A DNA stretch of 64,000 nt from Malacoraja senta (lineage: Eukaryota): positions 62,001 through 126,000 of the forward strand of contig JAXLNO010000563.1 of assembly GCA_038087875.1 (NCBI GenBank). Reading direction: 5' to 3'. A model generated the notes under the pieces. The model searched no databases. It worked only from the letters and a program-made list of their open reading frames with translations, and had not been told where the DNA came from. Of this stretch, positions 12,338 to 25,545 are shown piece by piece. The position numbers and the translations under genes are program-made. The stretch's first letter is position 1; each line of letters opens with the position of its first letter.

Positions 12338-14336
12338 TATTATTGATGCCTGTCTGTCTGATCATAGTGCTATTTTGCTTCGGAGTCACTTTAGTGATTC
12401 CGTGAAGAAGACGCGTCAGGGCGCATGCGCGTCATTACGTCGGACGCATTGGTGCATGGACCAGCAGGAGGACAGAGCTCCTCTTCTGGTAAGGGATTTT
12501 TGATATTTTAAGTAGTTTTAAAACTCCAGCTAAGTGGGAAACTTAGCTGGAGTGAAAAGTTATTTTGCTGTGGTGCCGTGCTGTGTGTTTTTGTTACAGG
12601 TAGCACCATGGTGAAGACGAGCAGGGAGAGGGCAGCCGCAGGTAAATCAAAGGAGAGCCGCGGGAATGCGGTCTGTGAGCGGCTGCCTCGTACCCCTGCA
12701 CAGTCACGGACCGGGAGAGGAGCGACTGCAGACTTAGTGCTATAAAGCACTATCATAGAGCCAACGCCAGCGGGCGTCAGGCCAGGGGAAGTCTGTGAGG
12801 GCTCAACTGAGTCGGGCTGCGACGAGTCCCGTACGGGGCTGGATACAGTTTTTGAATGGTATCCCATATGGAGCACCTCATTCAAGGGTTGTTCCACTAA
12901 CGCACACTCCAGGGGGAGGAGTCGTGTGGGCGGTAGGCTACAGAAGAGGCCGCGCCAGCAGCACCTGGTAGAGGGCTGCTTGATAGCACCCTCATTTGTG
13001 AGGTGAGTGCAGAGGGTCAGCTCAGTTCTGACCCGACTCTGATGGTGACTTCGTTGACTAGCAAAGACGGCCGTTGTCAGAGGTCCATCTCTGGCAGCAC
13101 GATTCGCTGTCCCGTCAGAGTATGCAGTGCCACTGGGAAAGCGAAGATGGCCGTTGTCAGAGTTCCCATCTCTGGCAGCACGATTCGCTGTCCAGTCAGA
13201 GTCTGGAACCGCCAAGAAACAGGAGACCCGGGAAACTGCGAGTTGCTGAAGGTGCCAGCAGTGAACCGGGTGATATGGACCCAGATGGGCATGGGCATGC
13301 AGTGCCCAGGAGATGAAGCTGCAGAGAATCCTGAAATTACTTGGCTCAGGAATCACGGCGTTCGCTAGAACGGTGGATGGAGGGCATCTGTCGGAGACGA
13401 AGCAAGAGGTACTAGGGTTGCTTTGTAGCGCCCATTTTGAGATAAATTGTCTCAGGTAAAGTGCCATTCGGCCCACCATTAATCCCAAGTTTGCAGCACT
13501 CTGACCAGCCCACCAACATACAGCCGGCCAACTTACTCTTTGGAGAGGACCTCGCCAAGAGTGTCAAGGAGATGGATGACGAGGCAAAGACGGTGGGCTT
13601 GATTAAGCCACCTGAGGTCAGCAAGTTTGGAAGGAGAAAGTACCCCTACAAACGAGGGACAGATTTCGGGTCTGGACCAGGAACAAGTCGGCCGGCAATG
13701 CAGATGCGCAATTGGCGTTCTGCAGCGGGAACACGGTTAAATGTGGGGTTTCCCGCCAGGGGCCGTGGACAACGGGATCCACCAGGTACCAAGGAGGTAG
13801 GTGGGCCTGGTTCTCAGGTGTGCATATGAAATGTGACACAATTAAAATCTGGGATGAATGGAAGCAAATGACCTCAGATCTGTTTATACTGAGTGTTATT
13901 CAAGGGTTTGAATGGAGTTCAACCTAAATTATGATTTGCACATTCAGCGTGTTCCTGGAAGGATTTTCAGTTTTCATTAACAAAACAGATGGAGGTTCAG
14001 GCTTCGCTTGAAAGCTTATGTAATAAAGGTTTAATTGGAAAGTCGGTTCACCAACCCCATCAAATTGTGTCTAATATTTTTCCCAGGCCAAAAAAGGATG
14101 GGGGAGGAAGTATAGACAGTTTAGGATGAAAACATTTGTACTGCTAAGATACTCAGTCCAGAAGACGCTGTGTGGCATCTATAGAGCTTAAAGATGCGTA
14201 TTATTCAGTGTCTCTTCATTTGCAGGATAGAAGATATTTTAAAATTCACCTGGATGGATCAAATATGGCACAGAATTGTTAAAACCTATACGAGGCATGC
14301 TGAGAGGCCAGGGACATGTGCTCATGGCTTATCTCA

Positions 14337-15295
14337 GGAGGAGCCGCCATCTTGGAGGAACGGCTGCTAAACAGCAGCCGTCCGTCAAATTCACTCTTTC
14401 TTTAGTTTTAATGTTTTTTATTTCTTTGTTTGTTTGGGGGATTTTGACTTTTAATGTGGGGGGGTAAGGGGGAAACTATTTCTAGGTCCCTACCTGGTCG
14501 GTGAGGCAGCTTTTTCTCCAGGCTGCCTCGTTGACCCGTCCTCGTGGCCTACCAGCGGGCATGGAGCGCCGTTTCCTGACGGGGACCGCCCAGCACCTTC
14601 AGCTTCGGTGGCGGCACAGCGCTGGAGCGCTATCGGAGAGCGTAGCGGGCGATGCCTTGCCTGGGTCACCGCGCTGGATCGACGCGCTGGAGCTCCGGTA
14701 TGCGTTGACCGCCGACATCAACACCTCCGGGCTGCGGGACTGCGGAGCGACCAGCCGCGGGCGGCGGTGCCGACTCCAACATCGGGAGCCTCGTGACTCC
14801 AAATCGGCGCGGCCCTTTCGGCTTCAGGTGCCATCGACTCCGCTGGGAAACCGGCCGTTCCAGCCACTGCGAGGACTCTCCCGACGGCTAGGAACATTGG
14901 GCCTCCGTAGAGGCAACTGTGGTGGCCTCGATGGGCCTGACTCTGGGGAGAACTGGTTTGGGGACTGGACATTGTGCCTTCCCCCACAGTGGTGGTCATT
15001 GTGGGGGGATGATTTTGTGTGCTGTGCCTGTTAGTCTGTGTACAAGATGGCGGTCGGAGGGGAGAGTGGACGCTGGCGCGAATTGGTCGCCGCTGCTCTC
15101 TCCTCAAATTGTGTTTCTTATTTTCTTTTGGTGCTCTTGAAATTGAATTCTGTCCTTGATTTGTGTACTGTTGTGTTTTTATATTTAATTTATTCCGATT
15201 ATGTGTTTTGTATTTTTTTGTGATTCTATGCATTGTAAGGTGTCCTTGGGGTTTAGAAAGGCGCCAGTAAATAAAATGAATTATTATTATTATTA
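14337..15295 (+). mobile_element. GC-rich non-autonomous retroposon with (ATT)n tail and 8-bp TSD
   Basis: TSD TTATCTCA at 14329-14336 and 15296-15303; interrupts the DIRS D RT catalytic motif; YY1-like GCCGCCATCTTG near its 5' end. Confidence 0.8.
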
Positions 15296-17690
15296 TTATC
15301 TCAATGATATCTTGATTACAGGGGTATCCAATAGAACAGCTGAAGTAATCGGTGGTAGTTGTTAAATCCACTTTTCAAAGATTGGGTATCCATCCAGCCA
15401 GTTATCCATCCAGAGATATCCAAATGAACACCTGAGTATTTGGGTCATAATTGATTCAATGAACATGGTAGTGACTCTGCCCAGGCAGTAAGGGTAGAGC
15501 TAATTGACAGCTGTATCAAGCTAATGGAGGCACTAAGGATACATTTGGGTCATTATAATAGATCCATGCAGTTATCAGCAGAGGCTGTTTCTGAATTGCA
15601 ATGGTGGATTCACCATGTGTCCAGGAGTTCTAGCAAGGTAGTGCTTGACCAGCCTTCCATGATTTTGCAGATGAATGCCAGTGCACTCGGGTGGGGTGTC
15701 ATGGATACGAGTTTCAGCAGTGGAGGCAGATGGACTTAGCAAGAGGCATCGCTTCTGCAGACATGGGCTATTAACTATTAAGAGCTTTTTATGGATAAGG
15801 CTTATTGCTCTAACAAAGGTAACCTGCATGTTCAGTTTCAGATTGACAATACTATGGCAGTGGCATATATATTAATCACATCGGTGGAATCAAGTCGGTA
15901 TCTTGTGACAGATTGGCAAATCAAATTTGGGCCTGGTGCATTGAAAAATATATTTGGTTTTCAGCTATTTATCTACCAGGTAGTTTCAACATAGTAGCAG
16001 ACACCAAGTCACGAAAGTTCCATGACAACACAGATTGGATGTTGAACCAGGAGGTGTACAATAATATAGTACTTATATACAGTATGAATGCCAGATATCG
16101 ATTTGTTTTGCATCGAGGTTTAACCACCAGCTGCCTAAATATGTTTCATGGGAACCAGACCAGGGGGCAGTTGCAATTGATGCTTTCTCGCTACATTGGG
16201 GTGGTATATTTTTATATATTTTCCCACCATTCTGCCTCATAGGTCGGAGTCTGCAAAAAATCAAGCAGGATGCCGCTTCGGGGGTGCTTGTAATACTTAT
16301 TGCCCGACTCAAGCATGGTTCCCTTTGAAGTTACAGTTAGCGATCCAACCTCCTTTGGTGGTTCCCAAGCATAGGAATTTACTGGAGCATCCGCTAACAT
16401 GGGAAAGTCATCCGTTATGTGATCGTATTGACTTGTTAATTTGCAGGTTTTAAGAAGACCATACCAGGGGCGAGGACTGTCTGGGCGAACGGTGGACATG
16501 CTCACTGCAGCCTGGAGAAAGAGTACTGGAGAAGCGGTATATTGACTATAGTACTGTAGGTATTGTGGATATTTTAGAGATCCTGTTGTCACTCTACGAT
16601 GATGAGGGGCTCAGTTATATTGCCATTAATACAGCTTTAAGTGCTTTGTCCTTGTATATTTTGATGGGGTCAGGAAAAGATCCTATTGGGTTTTCATCAT
16701 CTCATAGCTCGATTGATGAAAGGAATTTCCACTCCAAACCTCCTAAACCCAGGAAGATGGCGATCTGGGATGTAAGTGTGGTCCTCAAGATGCTTCGACA
16801 GTAGGTTCCTGTCATGTCTCTGAATTTGCCAAACTAACCATGAAGGTGGTCATGCTCATGGCATTGGTTCAGCATAGCGAGTGCAGATTTTGCAAAAGCT
16901 TCTGCTAGACAGGATGGAAGTGGTTGAAGAGAATGTTATGTTATATATTTGCGCCCTGCTCAAACAGAGCAGGCCAGGTGTCACAGGTTTGTTAAAATTG
17001 TGTTTTCAGCATAACCTACTGATCCATGTTTATGTGTAATGGCACATTTATTTTCATTATATTGAAGCTACAAGGACCTTAAGAAATGTGGAAGCATTGT
17101 TTATCAGTTACATGAAGCCACACAGGAGAGTGTCAGTGCAGACTATCTCAAGGTGGTTTAAAGCAAATGTTGATTCAGGCAGGTATTAACACTGACGTGT
17201 ATATATCTTTTTCCACTAGTGCAGCAGCAACGTCATCGGCTAGGGCGATGGATGTTCCCATCGGCCATATTCTTACAGGTCAAATGAATTCCTTTTAAAT
17301 TTTTTTTACCATCGGCCGATTGTCGATCGGCGAGAGGCTGTTTGCAAATTCAGTATTAAGTTCTATTTAGTTTCCCCTGGGATAGAGGGGTTACTGTTTG
17401 TTTTGATTATTCAAATCAATTGTTACTGCATGATATTCAATTTCATGGTTAACAAATTATTGATTGTTTCTCATCCGAAGTCAATCAATGCAGTGAGAAG
17501 CCGGAATTTGAATCTGCAGCATAAAATCACAGAGCTTTGAACTCTTCACGGAATCACTCACGTGACTCCGAAATAAAATAGTAAGATTAAACGAGAACTT
17601 ACCAGTTTGAAGTTTGATCTTTATTTTATGAGGAGTTACGTTGGTGATTATGTGCCCGCCACGCCCAACCCTCTCTCTCATAAAGGTCAT

Positions 17691-18052
17691 ATAATAATAA
17701 TAATAATAATCATTTTATTTACTGGCGCCTTTCTAAAACCCAAGGACACCTTACAATGCATAGAATCACAACAAAACAGAAAACACATAATCGGAATAAA
17801 TTAAATAAGAAAACATCACAGTACATAAATCAAGGACAGAATTCAATTTCAAAAGCACCAAAAGAAAATAAGAAACACAATTTGAGGAGAGAGCAGCGGC
17901 GACCATTTCGCGCCAGCGTCCACTCTCCCCTCCGACCGCCATCTTGTACACGGACTGACAGGGACAGGCACAGGCACAGCACACAAAATCATCCCCCCAC
18001 AATGACCACCACTGTGGGGGAAGGCACAATGTCCAGTCCCCAACCCAGTTCT
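17691..18052 (-). mobile_element. 5'-truncated copy of the 14337-15295 retroposon
   Basis: Near-identical reverse complement of ~14950-15298; sits in the spacer between the DIRS D ICR and right ITR. Confidence 0.85.
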
Positions 18053-18774
18053 GGCAGTTCTCATGTTGCTGATCTTACTATGTTACTTCATATTTTCTGT
18101 TATCTGTGATTTCATACCGCTGCTTTGAAGATTGACGCGCATGCGCCATGACGGGTCTTCTTCAAGGAATCACCAACGTAACTCCTCATAAAATAAAGAT
18201 CAAACTTCAAACTGATAAGTTCTCATTTAATCTTACTATTATATTCGATATATGTCTGCCTTTCTCTCCCTCAAAATCCCATCTCCCTGCCCGCTACTCC
18301 CGCTACGTTAACTCCACGACGGCCAGTAAGTTCTCTGAGGTTCTCATAGCCGCCCCCGACATCTGCACTATTGAGGCGTCTAACCCCTATCTCAGCACCG
18401 ACGACCTCATTTCTCTATTCAATACTACTTGCTCTTCCATCCTGGATTCTGTTGCTCCTCTTAAAATGAAAAAGCCTAAGCCTAAAGGCGAGCCGTGGTT
18501 CAATGACACCACCAGAGCCCTAAGAAGAGAATGCAGAAAATCAGAACGGAAGTACAAATCTGATAAGCTTCAAATTTCCTTCGAACTCCTGAAAAACAAT
18601 CTTCACAAATACCAGGAAGCGGTAAAATCCACAAGAACAAAATACTTTTCCACCCTAATCTCCAAAAACGCTCATAACTCCAAGGTCCTTTTTAGCACCA
18701 TCACCTCCATCATTTGTCCTGCCCCCAGCACCAGCTAAACTGGGTCCCCTGCTAAGTGCGAGGAATTTACTACA

Positions 18775-21700
18775 TTTTACTTCGGAGTCACGTGAGTGAC
18801 TACGTGAAGAAGCCCCGCCAGTCCGCATGCACGTCATTATGTCTGATGCATGGCGCAACGACGGTCCGACGGTCCACCAGCGGTAAGTTTTAAAAACCTT
18901 CAGGTAAGTTTTAAAAAACTTAGTTGAGGTCGTTTTCTGTGGTCGGTAAGTCTTGTTGCAGGAGCAAGTCGGACCATGGAGAAAATTATTAAGGGAAGGT
19001 CAAGGCGGGCCGCCGGTAGAGCAGCTATAGAAGACCGCGGGAGTGCGGGTAGCAGGCGGCCGTCCATCTCGCCTTCAGAGTCACTGGCGGCACGGCCAGT
19101 GGCTTCCGACTTGGTGCCGGTTGAAAGCACCGTGGCTACTCCGGTGGGATAGAAAGCCACTAAGAAGTCGGTAAGGCCCGTTGACTCGGATGAGTCGGGC
19201 AGTGGCATCTGTTGAAGGGCTGCATAATGTCTCCCTCTCGGAGGAGGAGAGCATACGGGGTCAGTTTTGTTCTGACTCCGAGGTCGGAGGTATAGCCGGT
19301 GAGCATACCTCAAGGCAAGAAGGCCGCGCACCAGGGGTGCCAAGCATGGCATCTAAATTTGCTATACCGACCGGAAGTGGGGAACCGCTGGATGAGGACC
19401 TGGCCATGACTATAAATTACATGGCCTCACACCAGCTGCAAGACCTCACAATGGAAGAAACATCCCAAAAAATACGAGACACCCGCCAATTGTGCCTCGA
19501 TCAAAGTGCCGACTGTGAACCACGCTATCTGGGGTCACATGGGTGTAGGTATCAGAGCCCAGGAAGTGAGGCTCCAGAAGATACTAAAGCTGGTCGCTTC
19601 AGGCATTACAGCTTTCGCTAGGTCGGTCGATGGGGGGCCGCCCTAATATGCAATGCACATTTTGAAATAAACTGTCTCAGAAATAGTGCTATCCGTCCTA
19701 CTCTGAACCCCAAGTTTGCGGCACTGTGCAAATTGAGCAATGTGCAACCGCCGAATTTACTGTTCGGTGATGACCTATCAGAACGGGTCAGAGAGTTGGA
19801 CGACGAGGCGAAAACGGTCAGCCTCATAAAAGCCCAACTGACTAGCAAAGTTCAACTTCGGCCGCAGCACCCCTACAAGCGGTTCGCTGAAGCTGGTTCA
19901 GGTCAAGGACCAAGCAGGACCTAGCAATTGGCGCACTCCAACATTCTTCCCCTCCAGAACTCGGGGGCAGAAGTTTCCACTGGCAACCATGGATCTGGTT
20001 CTTTTCAGAACATGTCATGTATGGATCAGTTACAAGTTGGTGGGCGATTACACTTGTTTTTCAATGAATAGTGTTGCATAACATCAGATTTGTTTATACT
20101 GCACAGTATACAAGGGGTCCGAATAGAATTCCTTTTCAAATTGCGTCCACCTACACAGCATACACCAAGCCGGATATTGTTTTTTTCACAACAAGAGTCT
20201 TTAGATGTACAAGCTGAAATTGAAACGTTATCTAAAAAAGGGGTAATTAAGAAGTCGTTTCATCAATCTCACCAATTTGTGTCTAATATATTACCTAGAC
20301 AAAAGAAGGATGGTGGGTGTCGAATCATTCTTGATCTAACGCGACTTAACTCCTATGTGCAGTATAAACTTTTCAAAATGGAAACTTTTGTTACTGCTAG
20401 ACAACTGGTTTCAAAAGGATGCTATATGGCATGCATAGGTCTTAAAGATGCATACTATTCAGTACCCATTCATTACAATCACTGGAGATATTTGAAGTTT
20501 AGCTGGATGAGGCAACTATGGCAGTTTAAAACATTGCCTAATGGGTTAACTTCGACTCCTAGATTATTTACAAAGTTGTTAAAACCGGTGTTGGGCTTAC
20601 TCCGGGCTCAGAAATCATATTGTAATGGCCTATTTGGATGATGTCCTTATCATAGGCAAGACTCAGAAATCAGCTGAATTATCTGTTTCAGCTATCAAAC
20701 TCATGTTTGAGTGGTTGGGGTTTCTCATCCATCCAGTTAAATCCAAATTGATACCATCTAGAGTCATTGATTATTTGGGATTCACCATTAATTCAACTCA
20801 CATGTCTGTGACTCTGCCTAGAGGCAAGAGATCAGAGTTAATAGAAGCTTGTAACAATCTCGTTGATGAGCAACAATCTTCTATTCGGCAGGTGGCTAGT
20901 ATAATTGGCAAATTAGTGGCTGCTTTTCCAGCTGCACAGTTTGGGCCTTTACATTATCAAAATTTACAACGTGCAAAGGAGCAGGCACTCAAAAGACATG
21001 CAGGTCATTTCAATAGACCCATTCGGTTACCAGCTGGAGCCATTGCTGAGTTACAGTGGTGGATAGCGAATATTTGACTGAGCTATAGTGCCATCAACAG
21101 TGCCAGGAGTGCCTTATCGTCGTACCTGTGGCAGGGATCGGGACAATACTCTATTGGGCCTCACCCTTTAATATCCCGGTTCATGAAGGGTATTTTTAAC
21201 TGTAATCCTCCCAGGCCCAGGTACACGGAGATCTGGGATGTGAGTGTGGTTCTCACGCTGCTTCGCCAATGGGCTCCAGCAACATCCCTGTCTTTGCCCA
21301 GACTCACTCTTAAAGTGGTCATTCCCATGGCGCTGGTTTCAGCGCAACGCGTCTAGACGTTGCAGAAGCTGCGACTGGACAGGATGGTTTCATCTGTAAA
21401 TAGCATAACATTTTATGTTTATGATTTACTTAAGCAGAGCAGGCCAGGGACGTCAGGGCTTAAACTTATTTTTATGGCATACCCCATAGACCTTCGCCTA
21501 TATGTAGTCACACACTTGCAGCAGTATATCAAGGTCACCAAGAGCCTCAGGGGCTCCGAATTATCGATATTCATCAGTCAGAAAAAGCCTCATAAGAAGG
21601 TGTCGGTACAGACCATTTCAAGGTGGCTGAAACAGGTTCTGGCTTGTGCCGGAGTGGTCACTGACGTTTTAAAATCTCATTCCACCAGGGCGGCATCAAC

Positions 21701-22363
21701 GTCAGCAGCGAGGGCACTGGACGTCCCTCTCGACCAAATCCTCGCGGCCGCAGGATGGTCCAATGAACTGACATTTCAAAGGTTCTATAATAAACCTCTT
21801 GCCACACTGGGGGTATTTGCCCACTCCATTTAAAATTCTGTTTTATAGCTTCCCTCTGGGAGAGAGGGGTCGCTATTGTTTTCTTTTTTTGCTAATTAAA
21901 GCATCAACATGTTTAAGTCGGTATCATGTTTGAATGCATTATTTATTATTACTCATCCTGTGTCAACTGAGGCAGTGTGTCACATGGACTTGTATCCACG
22001 GCATAAAATCACAGAGCTTTGAAAACTTCACGGAATCACTCACGTGACTCCGAAGTAAAATAGTAAGATTAAACGAGAACTTACCAGTTTGAAGTTTGAT
22101 CTTTATTTTATGAGGAGTTACGATGAGCGATTACGTGCCCTCCACTCCCAACCCTCGTATCATAAAGGTCAGCTGGTAGTTCTAGTCTTCTCTAAATCTT
22201 ACTATGTCACTTTGACTACTGTTGTCTGTGATTTCACACTGCTGCTTTGAAGATTGACTCGCATGCGGACTGGCGGGGTTCTTCATGTAATCGCTCATCG
22301 TAACTCCTCATAAAATAAAGATCAAACTTCAAACTGGTAAGTTCTCGTTTAATCTTACTATTT
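18775..22363 (+). mobile_element. DIRS1-like element E nested in the L2 (internal deletion of the RNase H/MTase region)
   Basis: Intact termini and ICR (22026-22138); RT ORFs 20090..20641 and 20625..21077 (KDAY, YLDD, YLG); YR ORF 21360..21833 (HSTR..GW..FY). Confidence 0.92.
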
Positions 22364-24119
22364 TTCACCAGCAAGGTAAAGAACATAAGAACGAATATTT
22401 CCCGTCCCACCCGTGACCTGGCTGTCTCATTGGTCTGTTCTTCAAAATTAGATTGTTTCCAACCCGTTACTCTACCCTCCCTTGTAAAACTGATCACCAC
22501 CATGAAACCTACTACCTGCCCCCTCAACACTGTCCCCTCTGCCCTCCTAAAGGACGTCATTACAATAGCCGGTCCCAGCATCCTCGCCATCTTCAAGCAT
22601 GCGGTGGTCCAGCCACTCCTGAAAAAAACTAACCTTGACCCCACCTTGCCAAGCAACTACAGACCCATTTCTAAACTGCCTCTCCTCTCAAAAGCCCTTG
22701 AAAAGGTAATTTTAAGTCAACTTATGCCTTACCTTCATCAAAATACTATCTTGGAAACTTCCAATCAGGTTTCAGGGCTCACCACAGCACAGAGTCTGCC
22801 TTGTTGAAGGTACATAATGACCTACTCCTCACCATTGACTCCGGCGACTGTGCAATCCTGCTCCTTCTCGACCTCAGCGCAGAATTTGATACTGTCGACC
22901 ACACCATCCTAATTGACCGTCTCCGGTACGGGGTTCATATTGATGGCACTGCCCTGAGCTGGTTCATCTCCTACCTCAAAGGTAGGAGTTTCTCTACTAA
23001 CATAGGCAACTCTTTCTCCTCCCCAGCTAGTCTCTGCTGTGGGGTTCCACAAGGTTCCATCCTTTGCCCCATTCTCTTCTCCCTGTATATGCTCCCCTTA
23101 GGCCAAGTCATTGAAAGGCACGGCATTTGCTTCCATTGCTACGCAGACGATACACAACTCTATCTCCCCCTGAAGCCCAAAAACCAATCAAATCTGCTTA
23201 AACTTACCCGCTGCCTCGAGGATATAAAGTGTTGGATGGCCCAGAACTTCCTCCAACTAAACGAGAGTCAGTCTGAGGTCATCCTTCTCGACCCCTCGGA
23301 CTCAATCAAAATGATAGCAGGCAGCCTTGGAAGCCTTACCCCGCTACTCAAACCTCACGTCAAAAACCTTGGTGTGATATTTGACTCAGCACTGAAATTT
23401 GACAAACAAATCAATGCCGTGGTAAAAGCTAGCTTATTTCAGCTTCGGACGATAGCTAAAATAAAACAATTCCTCCAGCTTGATGACCTCGAAAAGATCA
23501 TCCACACATTTATCTCCTCCCGCCTAGTTACTGCAACTCCCTTTACACTGGCATCAGCCAATCATCCCTGTCCCACCTGCAACTGGTCCAAAACGCTGCA
23601 GGTAGACTCCTGACGGGCATCCGAAAAAGGGACCACATCACCCTGATCCTGGCCTCTCTCCACTGGCTCCCTATGCAGTTCCGTATAAATTTCAAGACCC
23701 TCCTCTATGTCTACAAAGCCCTCAATGGGCTTGCACCCACCTATGTTAAAAGTCTTCTCACCCACCACACCACCTCCAGGTCCCTCAGATCGGCCGACTT
23801 GGGGTTGCTGAATGTCCCGCGGTCTACGCATAAGCACAGGGGCGACCGCGCCTTTGCGGTTGCAGCTCCTAGACTGTGGAACAGCATCCCCCTTCCCATC
23901 AGAACTGCCCCCTCCATCGACTCCTTTAAGTCTAGACTAAAAACTTATCTGTACTCCCAAGCCTTTCCTGACGTCCTCTGAGTGAGGGCTATATGTATTT
24001 ATGTATGTAGTTTGCTTGTTTATACTATTCATATAACAAATGTAAAGCACTTTGGTCAATGAGAGTTGTTTTTAAAATGTGCTATATAAATAAATGTGAC
24101 TTGACTTGACATGTGACTT

Positions 24120-24670
24120 CTGCTCCTTCAGTGCCTGCCAGTACTCCTGGCCTGATTCAACAGGCTGCTCCTGCGGGCCTTCTGCCTCTTTGGAGCCTTG
24201 CTGGAGCTTACTGTGCTGATTGCGCTGCCAGTATCTCCCAGCCTGGATCGACAGGTGCTCCTTTGGGCCAGCTGCTACTTCGGAGCCTTAGCAAAGCTCA
24301 CTGGACAGGTCGCGCCTGCCAGTACTGCAGGCCTGGTTCGACAGGCTGCTCTTGCGGGGCCAGCTAGTGACTCCCGACTGCTCCTTTCCCGAGCTTCAAC
24401 GGAGACGGAGGTAGATGCATGGGCCGCGCCCGTCAGCTTCTCCACGTTCAGCTGCCTGCTCCCTTTCGGAGCCTCAATGGCAGTAGCTGCACGGGCTGCG
24501 CCCATCAGCTTCTCGGAGTCCGGCCGCCTGCTCCCTTTTGGAGCTTCAATGGTGGTAGCTGCATTGGCCGCGCCCGTCAGCTTCTCTGGCCACCTGCTTC
24601 CTTTCGGAGCCTCAATGGTGGGAGCTGCACAAGCCGCGCCCGTCAGCTTCTCTGAGCCCGCTGCACCTAT
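24120..24670 (-). repeat. Imperfect ~55-65-bp tandem repeats in the 5' region of DIRS C
   Basis: Repeated GCCGCGCCCGTCAGCTTCTC..CCTGCTCCCTTTCGGAGCCTCAATGG. Confidence 0.75.
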
Positions 24671-25334
24671 TTTCGGAGCAGCAGCCCGTTCCTGTGAACA
24701 AAAATCACGTACCTGCCGGAGCAGTTTCGAATTGCTCCAAATCCTGTGCCGTGCGTCGACGTATTGACGCGCATGCGGGCTGGCGGGTTCTTCACGTAGT
24801 CTCATCATGAGACTTCGATATAAAATCACAGTGTAACAGTATTCACTCAGTAATGATCAACACCACAATAAACACAACGGTGCAAGAATGTGGTGTAATG
24901 AAATGCAGGGCAAACTATTATTCATGTACAATACTCAAATGTAATTGAGTTAGGAGTAAGAAGACATGTCTGCAGCTCCCAGGAAGGTTTGAGTTTGAGT
25001 TGAGTTCATTGTCATGTGTACCGACGTACAGTGAAATGATTTTGTTGTGTGCTAACCAGTCAGCAGAAAGACAATCCATGATTACGTAGAATACGGGGAA
25101 GGGGCATGGAAGACATGATCAGTTCAGGAGTGTGAGAGGTCCAAAGCCCAGAGCTGACAGTTGTGGCGCAGACCCCACTCCCTCCTCGCACTCATCCCAT
25201 CCTGGAACATTTCAGCGGGTGAAGGAGAGTTCAAAGAGGTTTGGTATGTCTCCAAATGCAACAAACAATTACAGATGAGCTGACCGGTTGTATCATGAGG
25301 TGATATTTCATTTCCAATTTACAGGAATACAAGA

Positions 25335-25545
25335 GTAGCAGAGAGTGGTGGACTCAGCCCAATCCATCATGAGTTCAGACCTTGTCACCATTGCAAGCAT
25401 CAACATGAGGTGCTGTCTTAAGAAGGCGGCATCTACCATCAAGGATCTTCCCCATCTGGGCCACGCATTCTTCTCACGTTTAAAATCACGCAGGAGGTAC
25501 ATTAGCCTAAAGATCACAGCATCAGATTCAGGAACTTTTTTCTGT
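25335..25545 (+). mobile_element. Rex1-like RT fragment
   Basis: QRVVDSAQSIM...RCCLKKAASTIKD.PH.GHAFF. Confidence 0.6.

Larger units (their letters stand above)
12373..18240 (+). mobile_element. DIRS1-like element D (gag-like, RT, RNase H, MTase, YR; frameshifted) nested in the L2
   Basis: Both termini and the ICR (~17544-17655) present; remnants MAYL(N)D, DNTMAVAY, NTDWMLN (MTase), IWDVSVVL (YR). Confidence 0.9.
11780..24110 (+). mobile_element. L2-clade LINE (5'-truncated, frameshifted) in segments 11780-12122, 12338-12374, 18241-18774, 22364-24110
   Basis: APE motifs VYRPP, LGDFNIH, PTH..GH.LDLV, SDH; RT motifs NYRPISKLP, LLDLSA.FDTVDH, GVPQGS, CYADDTQLY; 3' tail AATAAATG(TGACT)n. Confidence 0.9.
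7321..24826 (-). mobile_element. DIRS1-like element C, split by a ~12.3-kb nested insertion
   Basis: Right terminus at 7321. The ICR at ~7547-7660 carries the subfamily-specific TTTTATATCG.AGTCTC.TGATGAGACTACGTGAAG, matching only the left terminus at 24790-24826. YR remnant 7850..8080 (SYSTR..FRSY), RT remnant 8909..9142. Confidence 0.85.

Noticed and set aside
12508..13488. 326-aa minus-strand ORF
   Set aside because: Antisense to the DIRS D gag-like region; no recognisable domain
24198..24829. Overlapping 184-189-aa repetitive ORFs
   Set aside because: Products of GC-rich tandem repeats in the DIRS C leader
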